Shown piece by piece: positions 28,806 to 39,439 of a DNA stretch of 64,000 nucleotides. Positions within the stretch are counted from its first letter, which is position 1. The number at the start of each line of letters is the position of its first letter. Origin of the DNA: Candidatus Poribacteria bacterium (GTDB lineage Bacteria > Poribacteria > WGA-4E > WGA-3G); assembly GCA_965197475.1 (NCBI GenBank), contig CBDANF010000003.1, positions 576,001 to 640,000 on the forward strand, in the 5' to 3' direction. Below the pieces are notes generated by a model, which ran no database searches, was not told the origin of the DNA, and was given only the letters and a program-made list of their open reading frames with translations. The position numbers were made by a program, and so were the translations under genes.

Positions 28806-31800
28806 TTAATCTCGTGATTTCAATTCGCCCCACCGCAAGGTCGCCTTGTTCTTGGCCGAGATCAAGCCTTTCAAGCGGTTTGTAGCAAGCGTTTGACGCT
28901 CACCGGCGAAAGATACATCTTCAATTTGGTAGTAATATACAAAACCGGGTTTCGCTGTAGCATCAACCCATTTATAGGTATTACGTTCACCTGTGGTACC
29001 ATGACCTTGGATCATCTTAGCGTTGACCTGTTTGAACTCACCGTTCCGGCTATCGCTACGGAGGATATTAAATCCTGCGTTGTCAAGTTCAGATTCGGTT
29101 GTCCAACGGATAACGACTTTGCCGTCTTGCACTGATGGACGGAAAGAGGACAATGAAACTGGTAGTGGTGAACGAACGGTTTGACCCGGTGTGCTAATAT
29201 CGTCTTCGTTCCCATAATAGGTTACGTCGATTTTTTGGATTCTGCCATCATCACTGGAGAGCACCCAACCTGCGGCTGTTTTCCCATCAGCGATACCAGT
29301 AGTATTCGGATTAGCACGAGCGACTGAGATACGATCACCATCTGCGGTATGTGCATCCGGCCATGCCCAACGAGGAGCATCATAACGTTCCGTATCCGTT
29401 CTCTCTCCTCGCTCTGCATCTCTCCGATCAGCGAGGTTACTGACTTCGTCAACTAACTGGCTACTCGTGGCATGCAGCGTGATTTTGAAGCCATAGATAT
29501 TGATAACATCACTACCAGGACCTGACATATCGAAAGTGTTTCTATGTGCCGGGAACAGGGTAAAGATATCAGTATTGGGAAGGCGAACGTCAAACCGAGG
29601 TGCTCTGGATGAGGCAATCAGCACAGATGAATTCGGTTTAATTTTCAGATTCTTGAGCTCTATACTTGCATCGGCTTCACCACCCCATTGCGTGCCATCA
29701 GCATCAGTTGAATCGTGATTGATGATCTTAAGCTTCCAGTTGTGTAAGTTTGCACCAACAGTCTTAGACGGGTTACGGAGTTCAATCCACTGTGGGAGTG
29801 AGCCGTTTGGTCCATCAGCATACATAATTTCGCTGATATAGACAGGACGTGTGATAACGCTACCGCTTGACTTCAGAGCACTGTTATCATAACCGGGTGT
29901 TCCCCCATAAACGGCTCCGCCTGTGATGCGACGTTTATAGCCGACACCTGTGAAACCAATATCACGGAATGCTGCCGTACTGTCGGAGGTTGAATTAGTC
30001 GTAGAACCAACACCACTACGACCATCTTTCGTTGTCTTATGCTGGCGATAGTGAACCTTGTTTACTTCAAGCTTGTTATCAGTGAACTCTGGTGCTTTAA
30101 ATTCCCTTAGTGGCCATAAGTCGGTAGATGAAACGTTATTAGAATAGTTGGATTTTTCCAAATCATCGTGCCATCCAGCAATATCCACAATTTTGTCAAG
30201 GTCATCTTTACCAAGTTCAGCGGGATTGTTTCCACTAGCACTGTCTGGTTTGCGCACAATCAGCACGAACTTACCACTGTCTGGTAGACCATTATTCTTA
30301 AACTCAATGACCTTATACCGAACTGGACTGTGCCATTCCCATTGTAAATGTTCTGCTTCACTTTTATTAACGTTGCGTCCAGGGACAAGCGGATGATTCG
30401 GATCAATTGCTGGATCGGATGCAACTAAGAGTAGCACACCACCTGCAGGAATCTTGGCTTTATCATCGTTCGGGAATTCAATAAGGAGTTGGTCAGTATC
30501 ATCATCAATTACCTTAGAGATTCTGTATTTCCGCAGGTTTTTTTCACTGCTAGAGGCATTGTGAAGCTCAATCCACTCGTACTTTTTATCCGTATCAGAA
30601 CGGTTCGCGACCTCGTTGATGATAATCGCATTACTTGGAACATCTGTTCGGCTATTTTTAGTGTACGGCTGTCTCTCAGGGCTAAACGAATTCACCTGTC
30701 CGGGTGTGCCTTTATATTCATAAACCACCTGCACATCACCAACAGACACTGCCTTCCGTACATAAACGTTTGAAGATGTCGTCCAACTCCCTGACGCTCT
30801 ACCATCTCGGTTGCTATACCTTGAACTACTGGCATCGGCATAAGCTGACTTCCCAGATGGTAGAATGCGTGCCATTGAGACGAAATTTGCGCCTGATACG
30901 GTATTACCGTTTGAACCTGGCACATCCCACGCTACGCCACCTGGACGATTGTTAAAGAAGTTCGTCACTACATCAATTGTGGGAGCTGTAAGGCTACCTA
31001 AGAGTTCGTCGTCATCGGTAATATCGCGACCTGTGAGTGAATGTAGTTTGACCATTACATCTTTATCGGAGATGTTGTGAAGTTCAATCCATTGTGAAGC
31101 AGATTGATCTGCTAAACCGAGATTACCTTCATCTATACCCCACATAATTTCGCTAATACCGACTCTACCGACAGAGATATTTGCATCATCAGCAGCATCT
31201 TCCACAACAAGTGCGCCACCACCACCGGGAGCAGTTCTATCAAATAACTCCTGTAGATTTGGCATAGTTGCCCATTCTACTTTCGTTTCCGCAACATCAG
31301 CACGGAATGCTTGACCTTCCGGTATCGGCGAAGCGCCAATGTCTCTAACGACAACGACGAAACTATTTTTGGGAATAGCGATTTCCTCGCTTGTGATCCG
31401 AGAAGTAGTCTCCTCTTCCTCTTCCTCTTCCTCTTCCTCCACCACATCTACGCCGCGGATACTGAAAGACTGACTATACTGACCGACAGATACCTTCAGT
31501 CTATCAGTTTCACCCGCATCTGGAGTATCGGGATCCACTTCCAATGTGTAGGTTGTGTCGTTTTTTTTCGCAAAATCTCCTTTATCGCCGCCTTCAACTG
31601 TAATACTCTCTACAGTAAGGGGAGATGATGGTGCTACATTATACTTAATAGTTACCGTAAACTCCGCACCACCTCTACGATCCTCATCAGAAGAAGTTGA
31701 TGTAATATCAATCCGTTGCGCTAACGGATTGCTATCAACAGTAATTTCTTTCGAGAGGACGAAAGGCCCACCGGCTATTGCTTCTACTTTCATTCTGTAG

Positions 31801-32735
31801 AAAGTGCCAATACCACCTTGAGGGACAACTATTATTGTCCATATCGTATTAGGATCGGTAGTTGCATCGGCGTTTGAATATAACCCATCATCACCATCTG
31901 TGGTAAGATCGTCTGGAAAAATACTTCCTTTCGTAACTATAATGTTAGTGCGAGAAGGGACATCACCACCGGTAGGAGCTTCATCAAACGTCAATGTCAA
32001 AGTAACCGTCTCGTCAAGTCCGATCGTACTTTTAGAAACCGTAACATCCGGTTTTAACAAAACTTTTGGTATGACAGTGAAAGTTGCACTCGCTTCTTGG
32101 TTGCCTACTCCAGGGAGTGCTTGTTGGGGCACACCGTTAACAATCTGAAAAGTAGTTCCAACACCGAAGACTTGATCCACGTTGAGCATGAGGGTCAGGA
32201 TTAACGGCACATCGTTATAAGGGACTGATAGTGTTACCAGAAAATTGGTCTTGGAAAGCTCTGTCACATTTGGATCACCGTTTGTGTCAACACGATCAAC
32301 ATCCGTGACATTTATACCAGTGACCTCTGCTCCACCACGAATTGCTCCAGCTACAATAGCCCAAGCAGCATCTGTGGTAACAAGATCGCCAATGTCAACT
32401 GTTGCTGTAGCTACATCAGTCTCAGTATCATCATTAAAAACTGCCTCACGAAAAGAGACTTTCACACGAAAATAACCGGTGCCGCCTGTAACGAGATTTT
32501 CGCGATTTGCGTCTGTGAGCAACACATTCGTGCCATCCACAGTCTCTATGGTAACGTTATCGTCAGTCGTCTCAGGATCATTATCAGGACCTGGTTGTAT
32601 GATCGGTGAGTCGTCAATCGTAATTGTCGCTGTCGGACCGCCTTCTGCCGCCATAACGGTCGGCACAAGGGCAAACCCTGCAACGAGCAAAACAGAAAAA
32701 ACTAAAGAAAATGCCAATCGATTTGACAGGTTCAT
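28806..32735 (-). CDS. Large secreted/surface protein with three lamin-tail-like (LTD) domains and a C-terminal PLPVSLSSF...WGELK module
   Basis: Signal peptide; ISEIM/INEV ... WIEL.N x3; poly-Glu linker; WTTESELDNAGFNI.RS. Confidence 0.85.
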   Translation of the reverse strand: MNLSNRLAFSLVFSVLLVAGFALVPTVMAAEGGPTATITIDDSPIIQPGPDNDPETTDDNVTIETVDGTNVLLTDANRENLVTGGTGYFRVKVSFREAVFNDDTETDVATATVDIGDLVTTDAAWAIVAGAIRGGAEVTGINVTDVDRVDTNGDPNVTELSKTNFLVTLSVPYNDVPLILTLMLNVDQVFGVGTTFQIVNGVPQQALPGVGNQEASATFTVIPKVLLKPDVTVSKSTIGLDETVTLTLTFDEAPTGGDVPSRTNIIVTKGSIFPDDLTTDGDDGLYSNADATTDPNTIWTIIVVPQGGIGTFYRMKVEAIAGGPFVLSKEITVDSNPLAQRIDITSTSSDEDRRGGAEFTVTIKYNVAPSSPLTVESITVEGGDKGDFAKKNDTTYTLEVDPDTPDAGETDRLKVSVGQYSQSFSIRGVDVVEEEEEEEEEETTSRITSEEIAIPKNSFVVVVRDIGASPIPEGQAFRADVAETKVEWATMPNLQELFDRTAPGGGGALVVEDAADDANISVGRVGISEIMWGIDEGNLGLADQSASQWIELHNISDKDVMVKLHSLTGRDITDDDELLGSLTAPTIDVVTNFFNNRPGGVAWDVPGSNGNTVSGANFVSMARILPSGKSAYADASSSRYSNRDGRASGSWTTSSNVYVRKAVSVGDVQVVYEYKGTPGQVNSFSPERQPYTKNSRTDVPSNAIIINEVANRSDTDKKYEWIELHNASSSEKNLRKYRISKVIDDDTDQLLIEFPNDDKAKIPAGGVLLLVASDPAIDPNHPLVPGRNVNKSEAEHLQWEWHSPVRYKVIEFKNNGLPDSGKFVLIVRKPDSASGNNPAELGKDDLDKIVDIAGWHDDLEKSNYSNNVSSTDLWPLREFKAPEFTDNKLEVNKVHYRQHKTTKDGRSGVGSTTNSTSDSTAAFRDIGFTGVGYKRRITGGAVYGGTPGYDNSALKSSGSVITRPVYISEIMYADGPNGSLPQWIELRNPSKTVGANLHNWKLKIINHDSTDADGTQWGGEADASIELKNLKIKPNSSVLIASSRAPRFDVRLPNTDIFTLFPAHRNTFDMSGPGSDVINIYGFKITLHATSSQLVDEVSNLADRRDAERGERTDTERYDAPRWAWPDAHTADGDRISVARANPNTTGIADGKTAAGWVLSSDDGRIQKIDVTYYGNEDDISTPGQTVRSPLPVSLSSFRPSVQDGKVVIRWTTESELDNAGFNILRSDSRNGEFKQVNAKMIQGHGTTGERNTYKWVDATAKPGFVYYYQIEDVSFAGERQTLATNRLKGLISAKNKATLRWGELKSRD

Positions 32736-33679
32736 TATTATTCTCCTCTTTAATCTAATAAAAAAATCTTTCTAAAACATTTAACCTTTTGGGGCGATAT
32801 GTGCATTGGACTGCGTTATCGCGCCCGACAATACAATTTGAAATATCAAAGATAGATTCAGGGATGGAATCTACTCTGAACTAACCTTTTGGTATCGGTT
32901 GCGTGCATTCCCGATGCACACGACCTCTGTTTTTTGGGTTTCGGTTTGGTTCTCTGTAGGAGGGAATTCCGGTTCCCGATAATATGTCGCGATGCTGAGA
33001 TCGCTCCTACAAGTTTTACATCAAACCGCTTTTAATCTTAACGTTGCCTATTATGGCATCGGTTACAAAAAAAAGTCAACCGATTCACTTTACGGCATCA
33101 CGTTAAATTAACGTTACCCATTCTAATCGGGTTACAAAAAATTGTCAACCCTAATTACGCGCTATTTTTCTGAACGTTGCGCTGTGTTCTGTAAAGTTGC
33201 GTTTATGAGATTTATTTAGAATTCCTAAATCGCAAAAAATATGATATGGAATACGTTATAATTGAATCTCGTTTCGCATGCTATTAATGCTAACACAAAG
33301 AAATAAGGTTTGTCAAGTATATTTAAGTTTGTTGGCGTACGGTAAAATTCGGAACTTATTGCATGCCACGTTATTAAGTATACCTTCTGTTGCAAGTTTT
33401 GTCAAGTGTTTTTGCAGAAAAATTGTTAATTCTACTGAATTTGTCCAAATTGTAGCAATTTTGCACAAATTTGTCAAGTGTTTTTTTGATGAATCTGTTT
33501 TTTGTGGGAGTTAGACGTTGTGTTGTCTGAACCAGGATTATCAGGATTTCCAGATTTCCAAGATTATTCCTCATCAAACCTTTTCGCATGGATTTAGCCT
33601 CAACGCGGTATGGGGTCATAGCAAATGTTTATTCTGTGCGATCTTTCTATCCGACCTACGGACTGAACCATGATTTCGG

Positions 33680-33821
33680 CAGCCCCAGCGGGGCGAAAGG
33701 TGTCCAGAACAGTCGTAACCTCCATTCACAAAGCCCCAGCGGGGCGAAAGGTGTCCATTATATGGGTTGTGTAATACACCTCATGCAGCATGCCATACGC
33801 GCATGCTGCCCCGCTGGGGCT
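33680..33821. repeat. REP-like AGCCCCAGCGGGGC repeats (two direct, one inverted)
   Basis: Copies at ~33681, ~33732 and inverted at ~33808. Confidence 0.7.
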
Positions 33822-33915
33822 ATACACACTCACAAATACGGAACATTTCTTAGATTGACGCTTATGGGTTTCGCTGCGCTCTACCCAACGGACATCTACA
33901 TTTGGATCTTATTAT

Positions 33916-34139
33916 TAGACATTATAACGTTTTAATTGTGTGTTGTTACTGGTCTATAATAAAATCTAAAGTTCGTAGGTCGGGTAGAGCGCAGCGAAAC
34001 CCGACAATATCAGGGTTCCAGAGATAATAGACATTATAACGTTTTAATTGTGTGTTGTTACTGGTCTATAATAAAATCTAAAGTTCGTAGGTCGGGTAGA
34101 GCGCAGCGAAACCCGACAATATCAGGGTTCCAGAGATAA
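33916..34139. repeat. Two 112-bp tandem units containing a GTAGGTCGGGTAGAGCGCAGCGAAACCCGAC REP
   Basis: Units at 33916 and 34028. Confidence 0.85.
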
Positions 34140-34314
34140 TATAGCAGATTTCGCAATCTATAAAACGGTAACTTCCACCATCTGAACACTTGACATTCAG
34201 AACAAACAGGTCGGGTTTCGCTGCGCTCTACCCGACGGACAAGCCATTAGCGTTTAGACTATATTTCGGTCTTAGTGATATCAGGGACGGACGATTAAAT
34301 CATTATAATGTCTA
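34082..34314. repeat. ~232-bp REP-doublet repeat; inverted copy at 38174-38405
   Basis: Reverse-complement match read by eye. Confidence 0.85.
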
Positions 34315-34341
34315 TTGAACTTACGTTATTTTTAAAAGTAA

Positions 34342-34463
34342 CAGGACTTACGCAAATTGAGTAGAAAAAGGAAATATTGGACTTAAAAAGTCGTTATTTC
34401 GGTATTTTAACCCCCTAAGTCCCCCTTATCAAGGGGACTTGTGAACCAGCTGCGTAAGTCCTG
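34342..34463. mobile_element. MITE with TIR CAGGACTTACGCA and 5-bp TSD AGTAA
   Basis: Perfect 13-bp TIRs; AGTAA at 34337-34341 and 34464-34468. Confidence 0.85.
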
Positions 34464-34476
34464 AGTAAAAAAAGAT

Positions 34477-34541
34477 TTGACAAACTCTTTTTTAGCGTGT
34501 AATATAATCAAACTCAGATTGTTGAGGTTAAATCAACCTAA
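34477..34541 (+). promoter_or_regulatory. Sigma70 promoter with a downstream DtxR/IdeR-like operator
   Basis: TTGACA-17-TAATAT; TGAGGTTAAATCAACCTAA (34523-34541) matches 14/19 of TTAGGTTAGCCTAACCTAA; next gene is an Fe3+-binding protein. Confidence 0.55.
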
Positions 34542-34655
34542 ATATTATGAAACGAAGATATAAAGTGTTAGTCAGCGTGTATTTATTTTTGTGTATGCGC
34601 TATGTCCGTTGAAGCGGCAACCCGTGAATATTGGATTGCTGCCGAAAAAGTCGTG

Positions 34656-35333
34656 CTGGTTCACAAGTCCCCTTGATAAGGGGGACTTAGGGGGTTAAAA
34701 TACCAAAATTCTGCTTATTTAACCCCCCTAACCCCCCTTATCAAGGGGGAATGCGTCCGTCCTGTATAAATAACATGAGGCGCGTGAATTGTGCAACTAC
34801 AAACGTTGTTGGGTTTCGTTCGCGCGCTGCCACAACTGTCAACTTCTGGTTCACAAGTCCCCTTGATAAGGGGGACTTAGGGGGCTAAAATACCAAAATT
34901 CTGCTTATTTAACCCCCCTAACCCCCCTTATCAAGGGGGAATGCGTCCGTCCTGTATAAATAACATGAGGCGCGTGAATTGTGCAACTACAAACGTTGTT
35001 GGGTTTCGTTCGCGCGCTGCCACAACTGTCAACTTCTGGTTCACAAGTCCCCTTGATAAGGGGGACTTAGGGGGCTAAAATACCAAAATTCTGCTTATTT
35101 AACCCCCCTAACCCCCCTTATCAAGGGGGAATGCGTCCGTCCTGTATAAATAACATGAGGCGCGTGAATTGTGCAACTACAAACGTTGTTGGGTTTCGTT
35201 CGCGCGCTGCCACAACTGTCAACTTCTGGTTCACAAGTCCCCTTGATAAGGGGGGTTAGGGGGCTAAAAATACCAAAATTCTGCTTATTTAACCCCCCTA
35301 ACCCCCTTATCAAGGGGGAATGCGTCCGTCCTG
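34656..35333. repeat. 190-bp tandem repeat, ~3.6 copies, with CCCCTTGATAAGGGG palindromes and a MITE end
   Basis: Units start at 34656, 34846, 35036, 35226. Confidence 0.92.
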
Positions 35334-35502
35334 ATAGAAAACGTGGCAATTACTCTCTTGAGCTCCGTCCGAGCGACATAGATTCTATAAACATTCCGCC
35401 GCTACGAGGCTATACAAATCCTTATGTTGGCACACACTAAATTGACGCATAATGGGTTTCGCAAGCTCTGCCCAACCTACGAAAATTCTATCATAGAAGG
35501 AG

Positions 35503-36519
35503 ATGACTATGTTTAACAACCGATCCATCTTATTTAATTACTTTTTACCAATCGTGATGCTGTTCACCCTCATCGGTACGGCGCATGCTGAAACGTTAAC
35601 ACTCTATTCTGGACGGAGTAAGAGTCTCGTTGATCCGATTATCCAGCAGTTTGAAAAAGAGACCGGCATAGAAGTAAAGGTGAGTTATGCTAATACGACT
35701 CAGTTAGCCGCTAAACTCCGAACTGAGGGTAAAAAAAGCCCCGCCTCCCTATTTTGGGCGCAGGATGCCGGCGCGCTTGGGGCTGTCAGCAAAGAGGGAT
35801 TGTTTACAAAGTTGCCGGAATCAATTCTTGCGAAAGTTCCGAAGACGTTCCGTCACGCCGATGGATTGTGGGTTGCAACAAGCGGTAGAGCACGCGTCCT
35901 TGCCTATTCACCTGAACGTGTTAAAATGGAACAACTTCCTGAAAGTGTTTTTGATTTAACGCAACCGATGTGGAAAGACAAAGTCGGTTGGGCACCGCTT
36001 AATGCCTCGTTCCAAGCGTTTGTAACAGCGATGCGTGCGCAGGTCGGTGAGGAACGCACTGAAAAATGGCTGCGTGATATGAGAGCCAACGGCACAAAAG
36101 CCTATCCCAAGAATACACCGATTATAGAGGCACTCGATGCGGGTGAGATTGATCTCGGCTTGCCAAACCATTACTACCTCTTCCGTTTTAAAAAGGGAAA
36201 TTCAAATTTTCCGGTTGAGCAAACCTTTTTTAAAGCGAACGATCCGGGTAATCTCGTGAATGTTGCCGGAATTGGATTATTGAAAAGTAGTGACAACCAA
36301 GAAACTGCCCTTAAGTTCATTGAATACCTTCTCTCCGCTAAGGCACAACAGTACTTCGTCAGTGAGGTTTTTGAATATCCGGTGACTGAAAGTGTGATTC
36401 CGAACGCTAATTTGTTGCCATTGGAAAAATTGCTTAAATTAGTACCGACATTTGACTTAAATGAGATGGATGATATAAAAGGCACCCTCAAACTCCTTCG
36501 GCGCGTGGGTATTATGTAG
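35503..36519 (+). CDS. Fe3+ ABC transporter substrate-binding protein (FbpA/FutA type)
   Basis: LTLYSGR, EG.KSPA, SGRARVLAY, NHYY, NVAG, FEYP. Confidence 0.92.
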   Translation: MTMFNNRSILFNYFLPIVMLFTLIGTAHAETLTLYSGRSKSLVDPIIQQFEKETGIEVKVSYANTTQLAAKLRTEGKKSPASLFWAQDAGALGAVSKEGLFTKLPESILAKVPKTFRHADGLWVATSGRARVLAYSPERVKMEQLPESVFDLTQPMWKDKVGWAPLNASFQAFVTAMRAQVGEERTEKWLRDMRANGTKAYPKNTPIIEALDAGEIDLGLPNHYYLFRFKKGNSNFPVEQTFFKANDPGNLVNVAGIGLLKSSDNQETALKFIEYLLSAKAQQYFVSEVFEYPVTESVIPNANLLPLEKLLKLVPTFDLNEMDDIKGTLKLLRRVGIM

Positions 36520-36697
36520 ACAAGGGTGGAGGTTGATTGCTGAGATACTGAGGTGAGTCATCAATAGGCAACACACCTTTATTCACGTTAGACAAAGATG
36601 GTACTTCTTCATCCCCGCAATCGTTGTCGGTGTCGGCGGTCTGATTCCGTTAGGATACCTGATAGCCAAAGCGTTTGATGTTGAGGGCACTGCGCTG

Positions 36698-38116
36698 GTG
36701 GAGAATCTGTTTCGCTTACGGAACGCGAAACTTTTCCTCAACACGCTTTTGTTGACGGTTGGCGTGCTTGTTCTTGATATTCTTTTAGCAACCCCTGCCG
36801 CATGGTTAACCACGCACGCAAACCTTCGAGGCAAACGGATTTTTAGTGTCCTATGCACTTTACCATTAGCGATCCCAGGCTATGTGATGGCTTACGCGCT
36901 TTTGGCACTCGGCGGCAATAACGGCATATTTGCGGCTCTTTTTGGTAAAAGCCTCCCACGTCTTAGCGGATACTGGGGGGCTTTAATTGCACTCTCCTTC
37001 TATACAAGTCCTTACCTCTTTCTAAATTTACGGGCAGCACTCTTGGGACTTGACCAGAGTCTTGAGGAGTCAGCGCGTAGTCTCGGCTACCGGCAATGGG
37101 GCGTTTTCATACGTGTTATCCTCCCCCAACTCCGTCCGGCATTCTATGCAGCAGGATTGCTCATCTGTTTACATGTGCTTGGTGATTTCGGTGTTGTTTC
37201 GCTGATGCGCTATGAGACATTTAGTTATGCGCTTTACGTTGAATATGAATTTGTATTTGATCATAACTACGCCTCATGGCTTGCGTTGATTCTGCTCGGT
37301 TTTACCGGTTGTTTGCTCTACCTTGAAACGCGATTATTAAGTACGGTAACGCTCCATCGCGCTGGGCACGGCACTTCTCGGTATCGGTCTTTAATTCCGC
37401 TGCGCGTATGGAAAAGTGCGGGGTATCTCTATTTGGGTGTTCTGTTCATCGCAACTGTTGGGATACCGGCAGCAACTGTGTTTTTCTGGATGTTCAGAGG
37501 ATTTGAGGTGTCGGCTTTAGATGGACTTTTGGAATCGCTCATCGGTTCTGTAGGTGTTGCCGTTCCGTCCGCTGTATGCTGTGCAGTTTTAGTTGTGCCG
37601 TTTGCATATATTGGTGTGCGTTATGCCTCACGTTTCTCAAACATGTTAGCGCGTGTCCCGTATGTCATTTACGCAATTCCACCGCTTGCTTTTGCGTTAT
37701 CAATCATCTTTTTTGTGGGAAGCCGTGAGACCATACTCGTGCTAATCTGCGCGTGTATTCTACACTTTCTTGCAGAAGCGATAGGACCGGTGCGTAGTAC
37801 GCTCTACCAAGCCTCACCCTACTTAGAAGAAGCAGCACGGTCACTCGGATGTTCACCTTTTCAAGCATTTTTCAGAACACTCTTTCCACTTCTCATGCGT
37901 GGCATGTTGACAGCCACGGCACTCGTTTTCCTTGCCACAATGAGAGAATTGCCGCTGACCCTCCTACTACGTCCCCCAGAATATGAGACTTTGGCTGTTA
38001 ATGTATGGGATTACACAGGAGAAGCGATGTTCGCCCAAGCGGCACCCTATGCCTTTCTGATTCTGCTTTTTTCCGCCCTATTTGTCGGTTTCCTCATCCG
38101 CAAAGAGGAAGCGTGA
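36698..38116 (+). CDS. Fe3+ ABC transporter permease (FbpB type); frame open from 36557
   Basis: Two EAA loops (LEESARSLG, LEEAARSLG), PLAIPGYV, MRELP. Confidence 0.9.
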   Translation: MENLFRLRNAKLFLNTLLLTVGVLVLDILLATPAAWLTTHANLRGKRIFSVLCTLPLAIPGYVMAYALLALGGNNGIFAALFGKSLPRLSGYWGALIALSFYTSPYLFLNLRAALLGLDQSLEESARSLGYRQWGVFIRVILPQLRPAFYAAGLLICLHVLGDFGVVSLMRYETFSYALYVEYEFVFDHNYASWLALILLGFTGCLLYLETRLLSTVTLHRAGHGTSRYRSLIPLRVWKSAGYLYLGVLFIATVGIPAATVFFWMFRGFEVSALDGLLESLIGSVGVAVPSAVCCAVLVVPFAYIGVRYASRFSNMLARVPYVIYAIPPLAFALSIIFFVGSRETILVLICACILHFLAEAIGPVRSTLYQASPYLEEAARSLGCSPFQAFFRTLFPLLMRGMLTATALVFLATMRELPLTLLLRPPEYETLAVNVWDYTGEAMFAQAAPYAFLILLFSALFVGFLIRKEEA

Positions 38117-38203
38117 CACATTTTACAACAATTCTTGTATATATTCGTCTAATTCTGATATAATGAGCAATATTAGACATTATAATGATTTAATCGTCCG
38201 TCC

Positions 38204-38603
38204 CTGATATCACTAAGACCGAAATATAGTCTAAACGCTAATGGCTTGTCCGTCGGGTAGAGTTTGCGAAACCCGACCTGTTTGTTCTGAATGTCAAGTG
38301 TTCAGATGGTGGAAGTTACCGTTTTATAGATTGCGAAATCTGCTATATTATCTCTGGAACCCTGATATTGTCGGGTTTCGCTGCGCTCTACCCGACCTAC
38401 GAACTGATATCACTAAGACCGAAATATAGTCTAAACGCTAATGGCTTGTCCGTCGGGTAGAGTTTGCGAAACCCGACCTGTTTGTTCTGAATGTCAAGTG
38501 TTCAGATGGTGGAAGTTACCGTTTTATAGATTGCGAAATCTGCTATATTATCTCTGGAACCCTGATATTGTCGGGTTTCGCTGCGTTCTACCCGACCTAC
38601 GAA
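38204..38603. repeat. Two 200-bp tandem REP-doublet units
   Basis: Units at 38204 and 38404. Confidence 0.88.
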
Positions 38604-38704
38604 ATAAACTTATATAATCGGGAATATGATTTTTGGCAGTTGGTTGTTGATACCTCGCTATGCCCCTACAATGAGGAAACAACAAGCGAGACACAGAGAC
38701 TTTT

Positions 38705-39394
38705 TTGCATTATAATATCCGTGTATACTATGGAAAACATATTTTGTTAGACTTTTTTACGCTACCGCTGTTCATCACACTTGGTGCGAATGCACTCAGA
38801 TTACTCCTCGCTTTTGCACTGAGTGTTTTTATTGTCATTATCTATCAGTGGACACACGTCAAAGGCCCACAAAAATCATTTACCGATACACTCATTATCC
38901 TATGTATGCTTATTTCAGTGGTGATGGTCGTTATCGGCGATAGCATTGCACGGGCATTCAGTCTTGTCGGGGCACTTTCAATCATTCGTTTTCGCACGGC
39001 AATCCAAGACCCGCGCGATATCGGTTTTGTGTTTTATGCTTTAGCTGTTGGAATGGCTGTTGGCGCGGGAAGCCCTACTGTTGCGATTCTCGCTACGTTC
39101 CTTATCGGTATTATTATCCTCTGCATGTACTATTGGCATCAACATTTTGCAAAGGATGATGAATTTAACCTTGAAATTTGCCTGCCGCCCGACCAGTCAT
39201 CTGAAACCGTTTATCGTCCTATTTTTGAAAAACACGTCATTCAAGAACGCTTAATTGAAAAACGGATCAAAAAATCACAAGTAGTTGAACTGAACTTCCG
39301 TATAAAATTGGCAAATCCAGAAGAGTGGATCACATTTTTTAATGAACTTTCAGAACATGAAAATATCACTGAAGTTAAATTGGATAAAGAGTAA
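38705..39394 (+). CDS. DUF4956 family membrane protein (start uncertain)
   Basis: IARAFSLVGALSIIRFRTAI.DPRD..F.F..LAVGMA.G. Confidence 0.85.
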   Translation: MHYNIRVYYGKHILLDFFTLPLFITLGANALRLLLAFALSVFIVIIYQWTHVKGPQKSFTDTLIILCMLISVVMVVIGDSIARAFSLVGALSIIRFRTAIQDPRDIGFVFYALAVGMAVGAGSPTVAILATFLIGIIILCMYYWHQHFAKDDEFNLEICLPPDQSSETVYRPIFEKHVIQERLIEKRIKKSQVVELNFRIKLANPEEWITFFNELSEHENITEVKLDKE

Positions 39395-39439
39395 AAATAC
39401 GAACCTTCTGATTCTGGACTTGTCTAAACCGAAAATAAA

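Noticed and set aside
32760-33500. AT-rich region with repeated TTTGTCAAG and GGTTACAAAAA motifs as an origin or ncRNA
   Set aside because: No DnaA boxes or recognisable RNA fold; most likely the regulatory region of the surface-protein gene, unresolved from sequence alone.
34656-35333. 190-bp array as CRISPR or coding repeat
   Set aside because: No variable spacers; built from REP/MITE parts; overlapping ORFs are short and repeat-derived.
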